Shown here one piece after another: positions 53,692 through 64,000 of a stretch of DNA of 64,000 nt. The first letter of the stretch is position 1; each line of letters starts with the position of its first letter. The stretch spans positions 49,621 through 113,620 of the forward strand of contig JBHJHA010000036.1 in the NCBI GenBank assembly GCA_050331235.1, given 5' to 3'. Below the pieces are notes generated by a model, which did no database searches, was not told where the DNA came from, and saw only the letters and a list, made by a program, of their open reading frames with translations. This DNA comes from Leptolyngbyaceae cyanobacterium. GTDB taxonomy: Bacteria > Cyanobacteriota > Cyanobacteriia > Phormidesmidales > Phormidesmidaceae. The position numbers and the translations under genes are program-made.

Positions 53692-53749
53692 AATTTTTGT
53701 AATCACGAGAAAATTAAAACAATGACGCTCTACTAAATTCCCCGATTCC

Positions 53750-54427
53750 ATGAAAGCTTTGCTCCAATCCCACCAGCGCACCAAGCTCGACCCCACTAGC
53801 GACACGCTGTTTTACGATACCCCCCGGTTCGTTACCCATGTTGACGAAGGATTTATTCAGCAGTTAACGGCGCTCTATCGGGAACGATTGCAGCCTGAGA
53901 TGCGTGTATTTGACATGATGAGCAGTTGGGTGTCCCACCTCCCAGAAGACATCTCTTTCGAGTGGGTCGAAGGACATGGTCTGAATGCCGAAGAACTGGC
54001 TAAAAATCCCCGTTTCGATCACCACTTTGTGCAAAATCTGAACGAAAATGATTGCTTACCCCTTGCGGATCAGTCCTTTGATGCGGTGCTCAACACAGTC
54101 TCTGTACAGTATTTGCAATATCCCGAGGCGGTTTTTGCGGAAATTTATCGCATCCTCAAGCCCGGCGGCATAGCCGTTATCAGCTTTTCAAATCGGATGT
54201 TTTATCAAAAAGCGATCGCGGCCTGGCGTGATGCCTCTGAGATGCAGCGGGTCGAACTGGTCAAACGGTATTTTCAATCGGTTCCTGGTTTTGGGACGCC
54301 AGAGGTCGTCGCCAAACCGGCATCTGTACCGATGATGATGCAAATGCTGGGTCTAGGCGGGGGGGATCCGTTTTACGCTGTCATCGCCGAACGGATGGAA
54401 TTCCTCGTGGAAGATGTGCAAGAGTAA
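53750..54427 (+). CDS. Class I SAM-dependent methyltransferase (type 11-like)
   Basis: FY..PRFVTHVD, DMMSSWVSHLP, SVQYL and FSNRMF..KA. Confidence 0.88.
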   Translation: MKALLQSHQRTKLDPTSDTLFYDTPRFVTHVDEGFIQQLTALYRERLQPEMRVFDMMSSWVSHLPEDISFEWVEGHGLNAEELAKNPRFDHHFVQNLNENDCLPLADQSFDAVLNTVSVQYLQYPEAVFAEIYRILKPGGIAVISFSNRMFYQKAIAAWRDASEMQRVELVKRYFQSVPGFGTPEVVAKPASVPMMMQMLGLGGGDPFYAVIAERMEFLVEDVQE

Positions 54428-54649
54428 CAGCTTCATCTAAAGCGATCCCTGGCTGGCCTTCCTGTTGTTGGGCCTTATTAGTGCCTAAATGCCCAACAAC
54501 AGGGCTTGTATGCGCTGGCCTCTTACCCGAAAAATTTTGCTTTTTGGCATCAGAAACTACGAGCAAGGGAACTCAACAGGATAGAATAAATTGCTGTTGT
54601 CTGGCGTTGTCCGGCACGCTTAGGCTGTTGTTTTGGAAGCAAACTCTCC

Positions 54650-55957
54650 ATGATTCGTGAAGTTTTCATGCCCGCCCTCAGTTCAACCATGACGGAAGGC
54701 AAAATTGTCTCTTGGGTCAAAGCACCAGGAGACAAAGTGGAAAAGGGCGAAACAGTCGTCATTGTCGAGTCAGACAAGGCTGATATGGATGTGGAGTCCT
54801 TTTATGAAGGATATTTGGCTGCCATTGTCGTAGAGGCCGGGGAGGAAGCGCCCGTCGGAAATGCGATCGCCCTATTAGCAGAGACAGAAGCCGAAATCGC
54901 CGAAGCGCAAGCGCAAGCAGCCAGCGCCAATGGGATAGTCTCAGAGGCCGCTAAACCGCCGGCCCCAGCTCCCAGCAACCCCGCGCCCGCGCCGGCCAGT
55001 ACGACTGATATGTCCAGTCAAAACGGTAGCAATGGTCGCAGTGGTCGTACCATCGTTTCCCCCCGTGCCCGCAAGCTAGCCAAAGAGCTCAAAGTCGATT
55101 TGTCCGGTGTACAAGGCAGTGGCCCCCACGGACGAATTGTGGCCCAAGACATCCAACTCGCAGCCGGTCAAACGCCACTGCCAAAAGCAACCACAGCCGC
55201 TACACCGACCGCGCCCACACCCGCCGTGGCACCGACACCGATTGCGCCGCCGCCAACGGTGGCCGCGCCTGCCACAGCCGCGCCTGGGCAGTTAGTTCCG
55301 TTCAACACGCTCCAACAGGCTGTGGTGCGCAATATGATGGCGAGTCTAGCGGTACCGACCTTCCGAGTCGGATATACCATTGCCACCGATGCGCTAGATC
55401 AGCTTTACAAGCAAATTAAATCTAAGGGTGTGACGATGACGGGGTTACTCGCTAAAGCTGTCGCAGTCACTCTCCAAAAGCATCCTTTGCTCAATGCCAG
55501 CTTCAACGAACAAGGCATTCAGTACAGCAGCGGTATCAACATTGCTGTTGCTGTGGCAATGGAAGGGGGCGGCTTGATCACGCCAGTTATTCAGGGTGCT
55601 GATCAGATGGATATTTATTCTCTCTCGCGAGCCTGGAAAGACCTGGTAGCGCGCTCCCGCTCTAAGCAGCTACAGCCAGACGAATATTCCACCGGCACTT
55701 TCACACTGTCTAATCTGGGGATGTTTGGCGTCGATAAGTTCGATGCGATCTTGCCCCCAGGCCAAGGCTCAATTCTTGCAATTGGGGGAGCCAAACCGGC
55801 CGTTGTCGCAACGCCTGATGGCATGATGGGCATCAAACGCCAAATGCAAGTTAATATCACCTGTGATCACCGCATCATTTATGGAGCTGATGCGGCTGCC
55901 TTCTTGAAGGATCTGGCTGCCTTGATTGAAAACGAACCACAGTCTCTAACGCTTTAG
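54650..55957 (+). CDS. pdhC: Pyruvate dehydrogenase E2, dihydrolipoamide acetyltransferase
   Basis: Lipoyl domain ESDKADM, E3-binding GSGPHGRI and catalytic DHR.IYGA. Confidence 0.96.
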   Translation: MIREVFMPALSSTMTEGKIVSWVKAPGDKVEKGETVVIVESDKADMDVESFYEGYLAAIVVEAGEEAPVGNAIALLAETEAEIAEAQAQAASANGIVSEAAKPPAPAPSNPAPAPASTTDMSSQNGSNGRSGRTIVSPRARKLAKELKVDLSGVQGSGPHGRIVAQDIQLAAGQTPLPKATTAATPTAPTPAVAPTPIAPPPTVAAPATAAPGQLVPFNTLQQAVVRNMMASLAVPTFRVGYTIATDALDQLYKQIKSKGVTMTGLLAKAVAVTLQKHPLLNASFNEQGIQYSSGINIAVAVAMEGGGLITPVIQGADQMDIYSLSRAWKDLVARSRSKQLQPDEYSTGTFTLSNLGMFGVDKFDAILPPGQGSILAIGGAKPAVVATPDGMMGIKRQMQVNITCDHRIIYGADAAAFLKDLAALIENEPQSLTL

Positions 55958-56040
55958 GCAAGAAGGTTCTCCGTCAATATAATTCAAACTCACTCGGCTC
56001 AATTGGGCTGGTGAGTGTTGATGGCTAGTTTTTTTGACCA

Positions 56041-56361
56041 TTAAAGGGGGGTGTCTGCGATCGCCTGGTTGACCGCTTCAAAAATGCGATAGCAGTGATT
56101 GTCTTTTTTGAGCGGCAGTTCCTCATTTTGCACAATCACATCGACCCGAGTTGAGGGTTCCGACACAGTGGGCGGATTGATCAACACTTCCACAGTAGCC
56201 AATAAACCCGGTTTGACCATGCCTGGCTTTTCCTTGGCAACGAGATATTCTTCATTCTCATAAATCAGATTCAGGTCGCAAGAGGTCAACGTATCGGCGA
56301 CTTTCTGACGAATGTGAGTCAGAGAGCTCATCCCTCGAAATAATGTGGTGTACCGTGCCAT
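56041..56361 (-). CDS. Conserved cyanobacterial hypothetical protein
   Basis: MARYT...L.SC....IY....YL.A.E.PG.V....L.TVEVLI...NEELPL..DNHC pattern; ATG at 56361. Confidence 0.75.
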   Translation of the reverse strand: MARYTTLFRGMSSLTHIRQKVADTLTSCDLNLIYENEEYLVAKEKPGMVKPGLLATVEVLINPPTVSEPSTRVDVIVQNEELPLKKDNHCYRIFEAVNQAIADTPL

Positions 56362-57239
56362 ATGCCTTAATGGGAACTGTAACAAAACCAATGGTTGGAT
56401 TACGTACTCAAGCCTCGCTATAAGTGCCATCATAAACGCCAGAGATTGTTATCAGCTAATGACACCTTGATATCAGGAGCATATCAACAACACTATAGAC
56501 TGCTTAGACTCTGCCAATCTGCAGTACTGAATACGGTATGGTTGTGGCCTTGATTTACCCAAGTGCAGCTTCATCGCGGCTTCTCTCAGAGACAAACAAG
56601 ACTTGCGCCCGGGAACAGCTATCATCTCCTCTACAGCAAAGATGTGACCGCTACTCAGCAGCCAGAGCACTGGCCGTAGCAGAGACAAACCGGCAAAATT
56701 ATGGACGTGCTAGAGCTTAACTATCAGCATATCGGCTCGACACTATTGCCCAGTCGAGTTTTCTCACCCATCAAGCTAGATGAGTTCTTGACCTGAGATA
56801 GGACATCTTAACCGCGCAGTTCTTGAGGAATCGTCGATACCTGTTTATGTCCTCTGTGCCTTTCTCTATCGCCAATTACGCCGAAGGCATGGGAAGATTC
56901 CAGTCTTTTCCCATCGCCTTGCGTCACTTGATCGCAGAGATTCAAGACGCCATATGTCTAATGGGGCAGCCGTCACCAGCCAGATGACTCAACTCTCTAT
57001 TGGCCGAGTCTGGGATGGCCGGTTAAAACTGGCTGATAAACGCAGCTTTTTATCGCAATTTGGGAATATTAAGACCAATACTCAAATGCTCAATAGAGAC
57101 TCTACTCAAGATTTGAGGCGATACGAGGGAGCGGTATGAAGATGAAGGGGAGCACTGATCTAGCCCAAATATCGATCTACCCGTCGCTAAGAAGTGGCTT
57201 AACGGCTGTAGTAAACTCGCCCCTGGGTTAGTTGATGCC

Positions 57240-60200
57240 ATGTTGAACAATCGCTCACAAATGGGAAATGGCGCTTTATCTTCTGGTCAAATACGGTCTG
57301 ATTTGATGTATCAGGCTTTGGAGCAAGCACCTGTAGCTGTCTATGTCAAAGATGCTGAACAGCGCATACTTTGGGCTAACCAGACCTGCTGGCAGTTGCT
57401 AGGCCAGTCTCCTGACGAGCATCATCCGCATACAGAAGCTGAACTCTTTTCAGCAGCGATCGCACAGCATTTAACCCAGCTGGATGTGGACGCATGGGAT
57501 GGCTCTAAGCAGCTTATAACGCCAACGGTTCTTGGGGTCCAGCAGTCTACGTGCGCATCCCGTAAGGTGATTCGTCGAGTTCAATTAACTACTGATGGAC
57601 AAGCCTTGATCTGCTATCTCGAGCCTCTTACTCCCTCAAGGGCATCCCACGCATCTGAGGCAGACTCTGCCAACCCCTGGCAAACACCGGAGCTTGAGAC
57701 TTTACTATCCAATGTGCCGGCTGTCATTTTTCAACTGAGTCGTCCAGTTACTGGCAATCTACAATTTCTCTTTGTCAGCACCGGAGCCCATGAAATCTTT
57801 GGCATCTCCTCAAGTGCCATTTTGGCGAATGCCCAACAAATTTTGCAGCTGATTCATCCCCTTGATCGACCTCAATTTGATGACTCGCTGATGGCGTCGG
57901 CGACGGCCCAAACGGCTTGGCGCTGGGAAGGACGATATTACCGGCCAGATGGAAAAGTTGGCTGGATTCAAACGGTGGCACGACCGCAAATTTTGCTCGA
58001 TGGCCAAGTCGTCTGGGATGGCTTGATGATGGATATCACCAGTCGCAAGCACGCAGAGGCGGCAACTCTGGAACAAGCCGTCATGGAGCAGGCCCTTGCC
58101 GACAATGAGTCTCGTTTTCGGATGGTTACCGAGACGATTCCAGGGGCGTTGATGCAACTGCGGGTATTGCCCCAAGGCTACGCAATTGACTTTGTCAGTG
58201 ATCACATCAAAGCTCTGACTGGTTTAGTGCCGATCGCTTTGACGACAGATGCCCAAACCTTTACTGATCGCATCCATCCCCTCGATTGCCAGCGTTTTCA
58301 GGACACGCTGACTGACGCTGGTCAAACGCATACTCCATGGAGCTTTGAAGGTCGTCTCATTTCGCTAAACGGGGAGATTCGCTGGTGCCGATTAGAGGCC
58401 AAACCGATCGCTGACACCGGAGACGAGCCCCGGTTTTGTGGGGTGTTGCTCGACATCAGCGATCGCAAGCAGGTCGAAGAGGCTTATCGTGAGCAAGACA
58501 GTCATCTCAGAATGGCACTGAAGGTATCCAGCATGGGCGTCTGGACCTGGGATATGGCTACCGATCAAATGGCCTGGACCACTGAGCCAGGCACCCTGTT
58601 TGAGGCTTCGGCAGTCAGCTTTTGTGACACCTTCGATACATATTTACAAAACGTTTATGCCGAAGATCGCCATCGTCTGCAGGGCGCCGTCAGTCAGGCG
58701 ATCGCCACTGGCCAAGAATACCAAATTCAATATCGGCTTCAGTTAGGAGATAGCACTATCCGCTGGGTCGAAGAACGGGGGGGAGTATGGCGTGATCCCG
58801 ACGGTATTGTACTCGGATTGATGGGGACCGTAGTCGATATTACTGATCGCATCACCATTGACGAGGCCCTCAGGGAAAGCGAAGAGCGCAACCGCACTTT
58901 GATTAACAATATTCCCGGGGCAGTTTATCGCTGTAAAGCCGATCAGCAGTGGACGCTACTCTTTCAGAGTGAAGCGATTGCAGACATTACGGGGTACCCA
59001 GTAGACCATCCCATTCATTTAGAGGATTGGCGCCTTATTCACCCTGATGATCGACAGCGGGTCGACCATGAGATTGCGGCGGCGATCTCCCGCCGTCGTC
59101 ACTTTGAGGTGGAATACCGTCTGTTGCATGCTGAAGGGGGCATCCGTTGGGTCCTTGAAACTGGGCAACCAATTGCCGATGCAACAGGGACCGTACAGCT
59201 CATTGATGGTGTATTGACCGACATTACTCGCCGTAAGCAATCTGAAACCCGACTACGGGATCTGGCTCGCCGCCAAGGATTAATCAATCGGATATCAACT
59301 CAAATCCGGGATTCATTAGAGATCGGTCCTCTGCTGGAGACGACCGTACAAGCAGTGCGCAGCCAACTCAATACCGACCGAGTTATGGTCTATCGGTTTT
59401 ACAATGAAACTGCTGGGCGAATCATAGTTGAAGACGTGGAGCCAACTTGGCAATCCAGCTTAGACAATCCTGAAATTGATGCTGGCGCTCTTGTTTTTCC
59501 AGATCAGCGCCGTGTTTGTGGCGTTCATGACGTTTATCAAGCGGATCTAGACCCATGCCTTTTGGCAAGTTTGGAGCAACTCCAAGTCAGAGCGTATCTA
59601 GTTGTCCCAATTTGGCTACAGAGAGATTTATGGGGGCTGCTGATTGCCCACGAATGCCGCGGTCCGCGCCATTGGACAACCGGTGAAGAGGAACTACTCG
59701 TGGCACTGTCTGATCAAGTTGGTATAGCGATTGGTCAGGCTGAACTCTATCAGCAAGCCACTGACAACGCCGCCCACGCCCGGCAGCAGGCAGCGGATTT
59801 GAAGGCAACCTTGTTAGAACTTCAGCGAACTCAGTCACAGCTTGTGCAAAACGAAAAGATGTCGAGCTTGGGGCAGCTGGTCGCAGGGGTAGCCCACGAA
59901 ATCAACAATCCCGTCAGCTTTATTGACGGCAATGTCCTTCACGCTTCGGAATATGCCCAGGATTTACTATCCCTGGTGGAGCAGTACCAGAAAATATATC
60001 CCGATCCGCCTGCTGCTCTCGTTGACCTCATAGATCGAATTGACTTGGGATTTTTAATGGAGGATTTTCCCAAGCTATTAGACTCCATGAGAATCGGAGC
60101 AGAACGCATCAAAGACATTGTGGCTTCCCTGCGGACCTTTTCTCGCACTGACGAAGCAGAAATCAAAGCCGTTGACATCCATGCCGGACTTAATAGCACG

Positions 60201-60662
60201 CTGATGATTTTGCAGCATCGCCTGAAAGCCCATGGTGATCGCCCCCAGATTCTGCTCCAGAAGAAATACAGCGACCTGCCTCTAGTGGAATGCTATGCCG
60301 GTAAACTCAATCAGGTCTTTATGAATCTCTTGAGTAATGCGATCGATGCGATCGAAGAACAACTTATCGACGGGAAACAAACTCATCCCCCAGTGATTGA
60401 AATCTTGACCGAGACGCTATCTGCGGATACGGTACAAATCACCATCAGCGATAACGGTTCCGGAATTCCCGAAGCTGCGCGCCAGCAAATTTTTGAACCG
60501 TTCTACACCACTAAGCCGATTGGCAAAGGTACTGGCATCGGCCTCTCAATTAGCTATCAAATCATTGGTGAATTACATCACGGCAACTTGATTTGTGACT
60601 CAGAACATAGCCAAGGTACAGCTTTTCGTATTCAAATTCCCGTTCGACAAGGCACTACATAA
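57240..60662 (+). CDS. Multi-PAS/GAF sensor histidine kinase
   Basis: About five PAS/PAC repeats (IHP.D, DITxRK), a GAF domain, H-box AGVAHEINNP, N-box QVFMNLLSNA and G-boxes DNG.G and GTGIGL. Confidence 0.93.
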   Translation: MLNNRSQMGNGALSSGQIRSDLMYQALEQAPVAVYVKDAEQRILWANQTCWQLLGQSPDEHHPHTEAELFSAAIAQHLTQLDVDAWDGSKQLITPTVLGVQQSTCASRKVIRRVQLTTDGQALICYLEPLTPSRASHASEADSANPWQTPELETLLSNVPAVIFQLSRPVTGNLQFLFVSTGAHEIFGISSSAILANAQQILQLIHPLDRPQFDDSLMASATAQTAWRWEGRYYRPDGKVGWIQTVARPQILLDGQVVWDGLMMDITSRKHAEAATLEQAVMEQALADNESRFRMVTETIPGALMQLRVLPQGYAIDFVSDHIKALTGLVPIALTTDAQTFTDRIHPLDCQRFQDTLTDAGQTHTPWSFEGRLISLNGEIRWCRLEAKPIADTGDEPRFCGVLLDISDRKQVEEAYREQDSHLRMALKVSSMGVWTWDMATDQMAWTTEPGTLFEASAVSFCDTFDTYLQNVYAEDRHRLQGAVSQAIATGQEYQIQYRLQLGDSTIRWVEERGGVWRDPDGIVLGLMGTVVDITDRITIDEALRESEERNRTLINNIPGAVYRCKADQQWTLLFQSEAIADITGYPVDHPIHLEDWRLIHPDDRQRVDHEIAAAISRRRHFEVEYRLLHAEGGIRWVLETGQPIADATGTVQLIDGVLTDITRRKQSETRLRDLARRQGLINRISTQIRDSLEIGPLLETTVQAVRSQLNTDRVMVYRFYNETAGRIIVEDVEPTWQSSLDNPEIDAGALVFPDQRRVCGVHDVYQADLDPCLLASLEQLQVRAYLVVPIWLQRDLWGLLIAHECRGPRHWTTGEEELLVALSDQVGIAIGQAELYQQATDNAAHARQQAADLKATLLELQRTQSQLVQNEKMSSLGQLVAGVAHEINNPVSFIDGNVLHASEYAQDLLSLVEQYQKIYPDPPAALVDLIDRIDLGFLMEDFPKLLDSMRIGAERIKDIVASLRTFSRTDEAEIKAVDIHAGLNSTLMILQHRLKAHGDRPQILLQKKYSDLPLVECYAGKLNQVFMNLLSNAIDAIEEQLIDGKQTHPPVIEILTETLSADTVQITISDNGSGIPEAARQQIFEPFYTTKPIGKGTGIGLSISYQIIGELHHGNLICDSEHSQGTAFRIQIPVRQGTT

Positions 60663-60731
60663 GCAATCGCTAACGGGAATCAATTGAGACGTTTTGCAGA
60701 GCCGCATTCTGAGCTATGTCGCTTCTGCCGG

Positions 60732-60977
60732 TTAATACGTTGGCGTTAGCGTTTTGATAAGCGACTCATGCTTATCAAAACGCTCTTTCTCAATATCTTC
60801 TTCCAGAATGGCGACTTTTCGCTGTGAAACTTGGAGGTTTCGAGGCGTATCCGAGTAACCAGTGCTGATATGGCGGCGTTGCCCTTGATAAGTAAAGGCC
60901 AGTTGCAAACACTGATTAGAAGGCTTGAGTTGAACGCTTCCATTAACAGCTTTACTCTTAGAGATTTTGACAGACAT
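60732..60977 (-). pseudogene. Truncated integrase: Arm DNA-binding (DUF3596-like) N-terminal fragment
   Basis: GSVQLK.SN..LQLAFTYQGQRRHISTG..DTP.N...ILE.DI..ERFD, then an early stop; no catalytic domain; lies just downstream of the tRNA 3' end. Confidence 0.7.
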
Positions 60978-61202
60978 CCTGGCATACCGACTCTGTCGGC
61001 ATCCATGCTAGTGAGTCTGTTCTATTCCTTTTTCCAGAAATTTATCCCAATAACCGCCTTGATCTGGCCTTAATGTTTCCATTTAGGGTCGTCTTTTGAG
61101 TCACTAAAGTCAGCCAAAAATGGCTTTGGATTCTCTTTGCTATTGAAGCCATATACCCTTAATATCAAGACTTTCACAGTACTCAGAGAAGTTAACATCG
61201 AA

Positions 61203-61276
61203 CGGGACTGGCGCGATTCGAACGCGCGACCTACCGCTTAGGAGGCGGTTGCTCTATCCAGCTGAGCTACAGCCCC
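61203..61276 (-). tRNA. tRNA-Arg (anticodon CCT)
   Basis: GGGGCTGTAGCTCAGCTGGATAGAGCAACCGCCTCCTAAGCGGTAGGTCGCGCGTTCGAATCGCGCCAGTCCCG folds as a cloverleaf; anticodon loop CTCCTAA; no encoded CCA. Confidence 0.97.
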
Positions 61277-61330
61277 AGTATGTCTAATATATCCTGCTCT
61301 CACTAAGGGCTCAACAAGTAAGTCAGAGAG

Positions 61331-62059
61331 CTAAGCCTGCACAGACCCTCGATAAATTCTTTCTGACTGGGCAGTACTGAGACGCGAGGCTCCTGGCAAA
61401 TGTTTTAACGTTGCAGGCATGGGATGTTCAGCTAAAAGCTTGCTATGGGGCGGCAGAAAAGCATGTGACTCAGCATCGTAAGATAAGACCTCGCCTGTCT
61501 CAATCTGATAAATCCAGCCGTGAATGGCAAGCTGACCACTGTAAAGCTTTGCACGAATAACAGGGTAAGTTTTTAGGTTGTCAATCTGACTCAGAACATT
61601 TTCAGCCACCAATGCATCAATCATTTCCTTTTTCTCCAAATGATTGTAATTGTTCAGCACAAGCTTACGAGTGGCTTCTGCATGGTGAAGCCATTCGTAT
61701 ACCAGAGGCATTTTTTCCTCCAGTTCACCTAGCTGTAGCAATCCTTTCATCGCTCCGCACTGACTGTGACCACAGACAATCACTTGCTTGATGTCTAAGG
61801 CATCGATCGCATATTCCATGGTTGCCCCTTCTCCCCCGTTGGTTGCACCAAAGGGGGGAATTAGATTGCCAGCATTGCGAATCACAAACAAATCACCAAT
61901 GTCAGACTGCGTAATGATTGATGGGTCAACTCGAGAGTCAGAACAACCGATGAACAGAACTCGTGGACGTTGTCCTTTGCTGAGTTCTGACATGAGCGCC
62001 TTATGCGAGGGAACATAATTGCTCTGAAATTGTCGAATACCTTCAATCAGCTTTTGCAT
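61331..62059 (-). CDS. ccaA: Beta-carbonic anhydrase, carboxysomal CcaA-type
   Basis: CSDSRV, RNAGN and CGHSQCGAM zinc ligands; C-terminal RLS..Q.ERIYRGS tail typical of CcaA. Confidence 0.88.
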   Translation of the reverse strand: MQKLIEGIRQFQSNYVPSHKALMSELSKGQRPRVLFIGCSDSRVDPSIITQSDIGDLFVIRNAGNLIPPFGATNGGEGATMEYAIDALDIKQVIVCGHSQCGAMKGLLQLGELEEKMPLVYEWLHHAEATRKLVLNNYNHLEKKEMIDALVAENVLSQIDNLKTYPVIRAKLYSGQLAIHGWIYQIETGEVLSYDAESHAFLPPHSKLLAEHPMPATLKHLPGASRLSTAQSERIYRGSVQA

Positions 62060-62494
62060 AACAGCCTTTCCAATCGATGCTGCATTTAACCTTATCTATT
62101 ATCCTCCCATATTTGATATGTGATGGGAGCAAACCTTTGCTTATCGCTTTAATCGCGCTGGCTTCTTGATAGGCATTGTAGCTACTCACATGGTCAAAGC
62201 TTTCCAGAGCACCGCCGCTGACCACCGTATATAAAAAAGGACTGCTGTCAATTATTCGATGACTACACCCACACCCATAGCTACCAGCCAAGGCATGCTA
62301 CAAGCATTAGCCGCGCGAGCTTCAAAATCAGAAATCATGTTTTTTGGGTATTGATTCATGATGCTGTCATCATTGAAGCGGTGGGTAGTTTAGCCTTATA
62401 AGACACCGGTCAAATCGGGCTCTGTCGAGAGTCAGCTCAATACTCGCTGACTTCGGCTTATTCTCTTTCCTACTGTCCCAAATTATCAGGTGAT

Positions 62495-63562
62495 ATGTCA
62501 GAAAATCGTCATCCAGAACTTGAGGGACATGAGTCTCAAGCACTTTACACATTTGAGCTGACTAATCAAGGAAAATCGCTACGAAAGAAACTACTATGGC
62601 TGCTCATTGGTCTGAGCATTGGTGTTGGCACTGCGCCCCTTCTAGCCAACGAGTTTTATGACCGGCGTGCCCAAGAACGCCGTAGCCAACCTCTGGCTGA
62701 CGATCGATTTCATCAAGGATCGCGGCAGGCAATGACTGCTGCAGAACTAACTCAAACCGCTGAATTTCGAGAGGATTGGAGCCGAGTAGCTGTACTTTGG
62801 CAGCGGGCGCTGAGCCATATGGAAGCTGTGCCCGTGTCACACCCTAGTTATGAAACGGCACAAGTTAAGGTCGAAGAATACGCTCGTAATCTTCGCTACG
62901 CCCAGAGCAACGTGGATACACGAGCCCCAAGTGATACTGCTCAGCAAACTTATTGGACACTTGGCTCTAATCGTGAACTCGTTCTCAGCATTGAAGGGAT
63001 GCCGTCACGCATCAGCAATTACAGCAGCTCGTGTAAAACAGTTATGCACTATGGTAATAGCTTTGTTGAGCTCAAAAACGGCTATGTCGTTGATTTTAGT
63101 GACCAAGATAATAATTTAACGGTGTTGGGCGATCGTCGCGCCGCCTTGTCGATGCAGCCCTCCAATAATACCTGGACTCTAGGCTCCTCCCAAGAGGAGA
63201 TTTTTCAAGTGCAGGGGACACCGACCCGCACTAGTACGGTCCATGACACTATCACTTTGCACTATGGCGACAGTATCGTACAGCTTGACCGCAATCAGGT
63301 AGTTGGATACGTCAATGCCACGGGTAACTTGCGGGTTTCTGTGTTCCCAATGCCAGGGATTGCTCCTACGGCTCCGCCAACCTGGACAGTGGGGGCGACT
63401 CGAATGGCTGTGTTACAAGCGGAGCAAAAAACTCCCACGGCAGTTAGCCGCCTAGATCAAAATTGTGAAGAGATTTTCAATTTTGAGGGTAGTACCGTTA
63501 CCTTTCGGCAAGGGCTTGTTTCGGAATACACCAACATTAGCAATAACTTGCAGCTCAAGTAA
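62495..63562 (+). CDS. Hypothetical membrane-anchored protein with three internal repeats
   Basis: N-terminal TM and helical domain, then three W-T-(L/V)-G-(S/A)...V/I...G/K-(T/M)-P repeats. Confidence 0.75.
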   Translation: MSENRHPELEGHESQALYTFELTNQGKSLRKKLLWLLIGLSIGVGTAPLLANEFYDRRAQERRSQPLADDRFHQGSRQAMTAAELTQTAEFREDWSRVAVLWQRALSHMEAVPVSHPSYETAQVKVEEYARNLRYAQSNVDTRAPSDTAQQTYWTLGSNRELVLSIEGMPSRISNYSSSCKTVMHYGNSFVELKNGYVVDFSDQDNNLTVLGDRRAALSMQPSNNTWTLGSSQEEIFQVQGTPTRTSTVHDTITLHYGDSIVQLDRNQVVGYVNATGNLRVSVFPMPGIAPTAPPTWTVGATRMAVLQAEQKTPTAVSRLDQNCEEIFNFEGSTVTFRQGLVSEYTNISNNLQLK

Positions 63563-63859
63563 GTGGCCTGAAGCGTTAAAGGTGAAGATAGAGACTGCTA
63601 CAGATAGCAAGGGAACGACTTGTTTTCACATCAATTCGGAATAAAAACTACGGGCAGCCAAACGTGGAGCAACTGCAGGGCAATCCGCGGAAACCAACGA
63701 ACTTTAATCTGCAGGCTCAAAGAGGGCTCCGATCTTTTCCGAATCGGCTATCTTCGCGATTTAAATTTCAGCCCAGCTCCCGATGTCGAAATCTGGTTCC
63801 TCTAATGAGTCTTTACTGGAGAAAATATTTAGATACATGCATTCAAGCTAAGCTGGCAG

Positions 63860-64000
63860 CTCAGTACAGGGACAAAAGTTTTAGAGCCTGGTTGAATTCA
63901 GAGCGGCGCAGGGAGAAATCGGAGAACGTGCGCCGCCAAAAGTCACAGCCATAGCGAAACAAACTTTTTGCCTTACGCCCGTGGGCTTTCAGCGGAATGG
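63860..64000 (-). mobile_element. 3' end of an IS4-family transposase and element end (partial)
   Basis: Minus strand reads IPLKAHGRKAKSLFRYGCDFWRR...KLLSLY*, matching the HGRxAKSxFRYG tail of cyanobacterial IS4-type transposases; ends TTTTGTCCCTGTACTGAG (probable terminal IR). Confidence 0.7.

Noticed and set aside
56434..57239. Possible sRNA or small ORFs in an 800-bp gap upstream of the kinase
   Set aside because: No recognisable RNA family, strong terminator or convincing ORF could be supported by eye.

Overview
A 64-kb window of a cyanobacterial chromosome, shown by dense HIP1 GCGATCGC octamers, apcEABC, petM, cpcM and ccaA; a filamentous Leptolyngbya/Nodosilinea-like organism is my guess. 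Most of it is ordinary core genome: phycobilisome core genes, ftsW-ccdA-ccs1, petM-ycf39, glpX-hemA, pheA, sir, pdhC, tRNA-Arg(CCT), an RND efflux cassette and three mobile-element remnants. The standout is a divergent haem-protein cluster at about 2.8-12.9 kb. The left arm encodes its own System II cytochrome c maturation pair (ResB and a long CcsA) plus a Tat-exported Rieske lipoprotein. The right arm encodes a tail-anchored tandem globin, a 5-haem cytochrome c (one CX4CH motif), a 6-haem cytochrome c whose motif spacing resembles the HAO family, a DUF3365/Tll0287-like monohaem lipoprotein, a predicted di-haem b membrane protein, a second globin and a thioredoxin. Both arms are preceded by matching GTG-N8-TAC NtcA-like boxes with class II promoter geometry, and there is also a TGCA-N5-TGCA LysR/NtcB-like motif. 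Together this suggests an uncharacterised, nitrogen-regulated trans-membrane electron-transfer system acting on nitrite or NO. That function is inferred, not shown. All family calls come from motif recognition by eye; no database searches were run.
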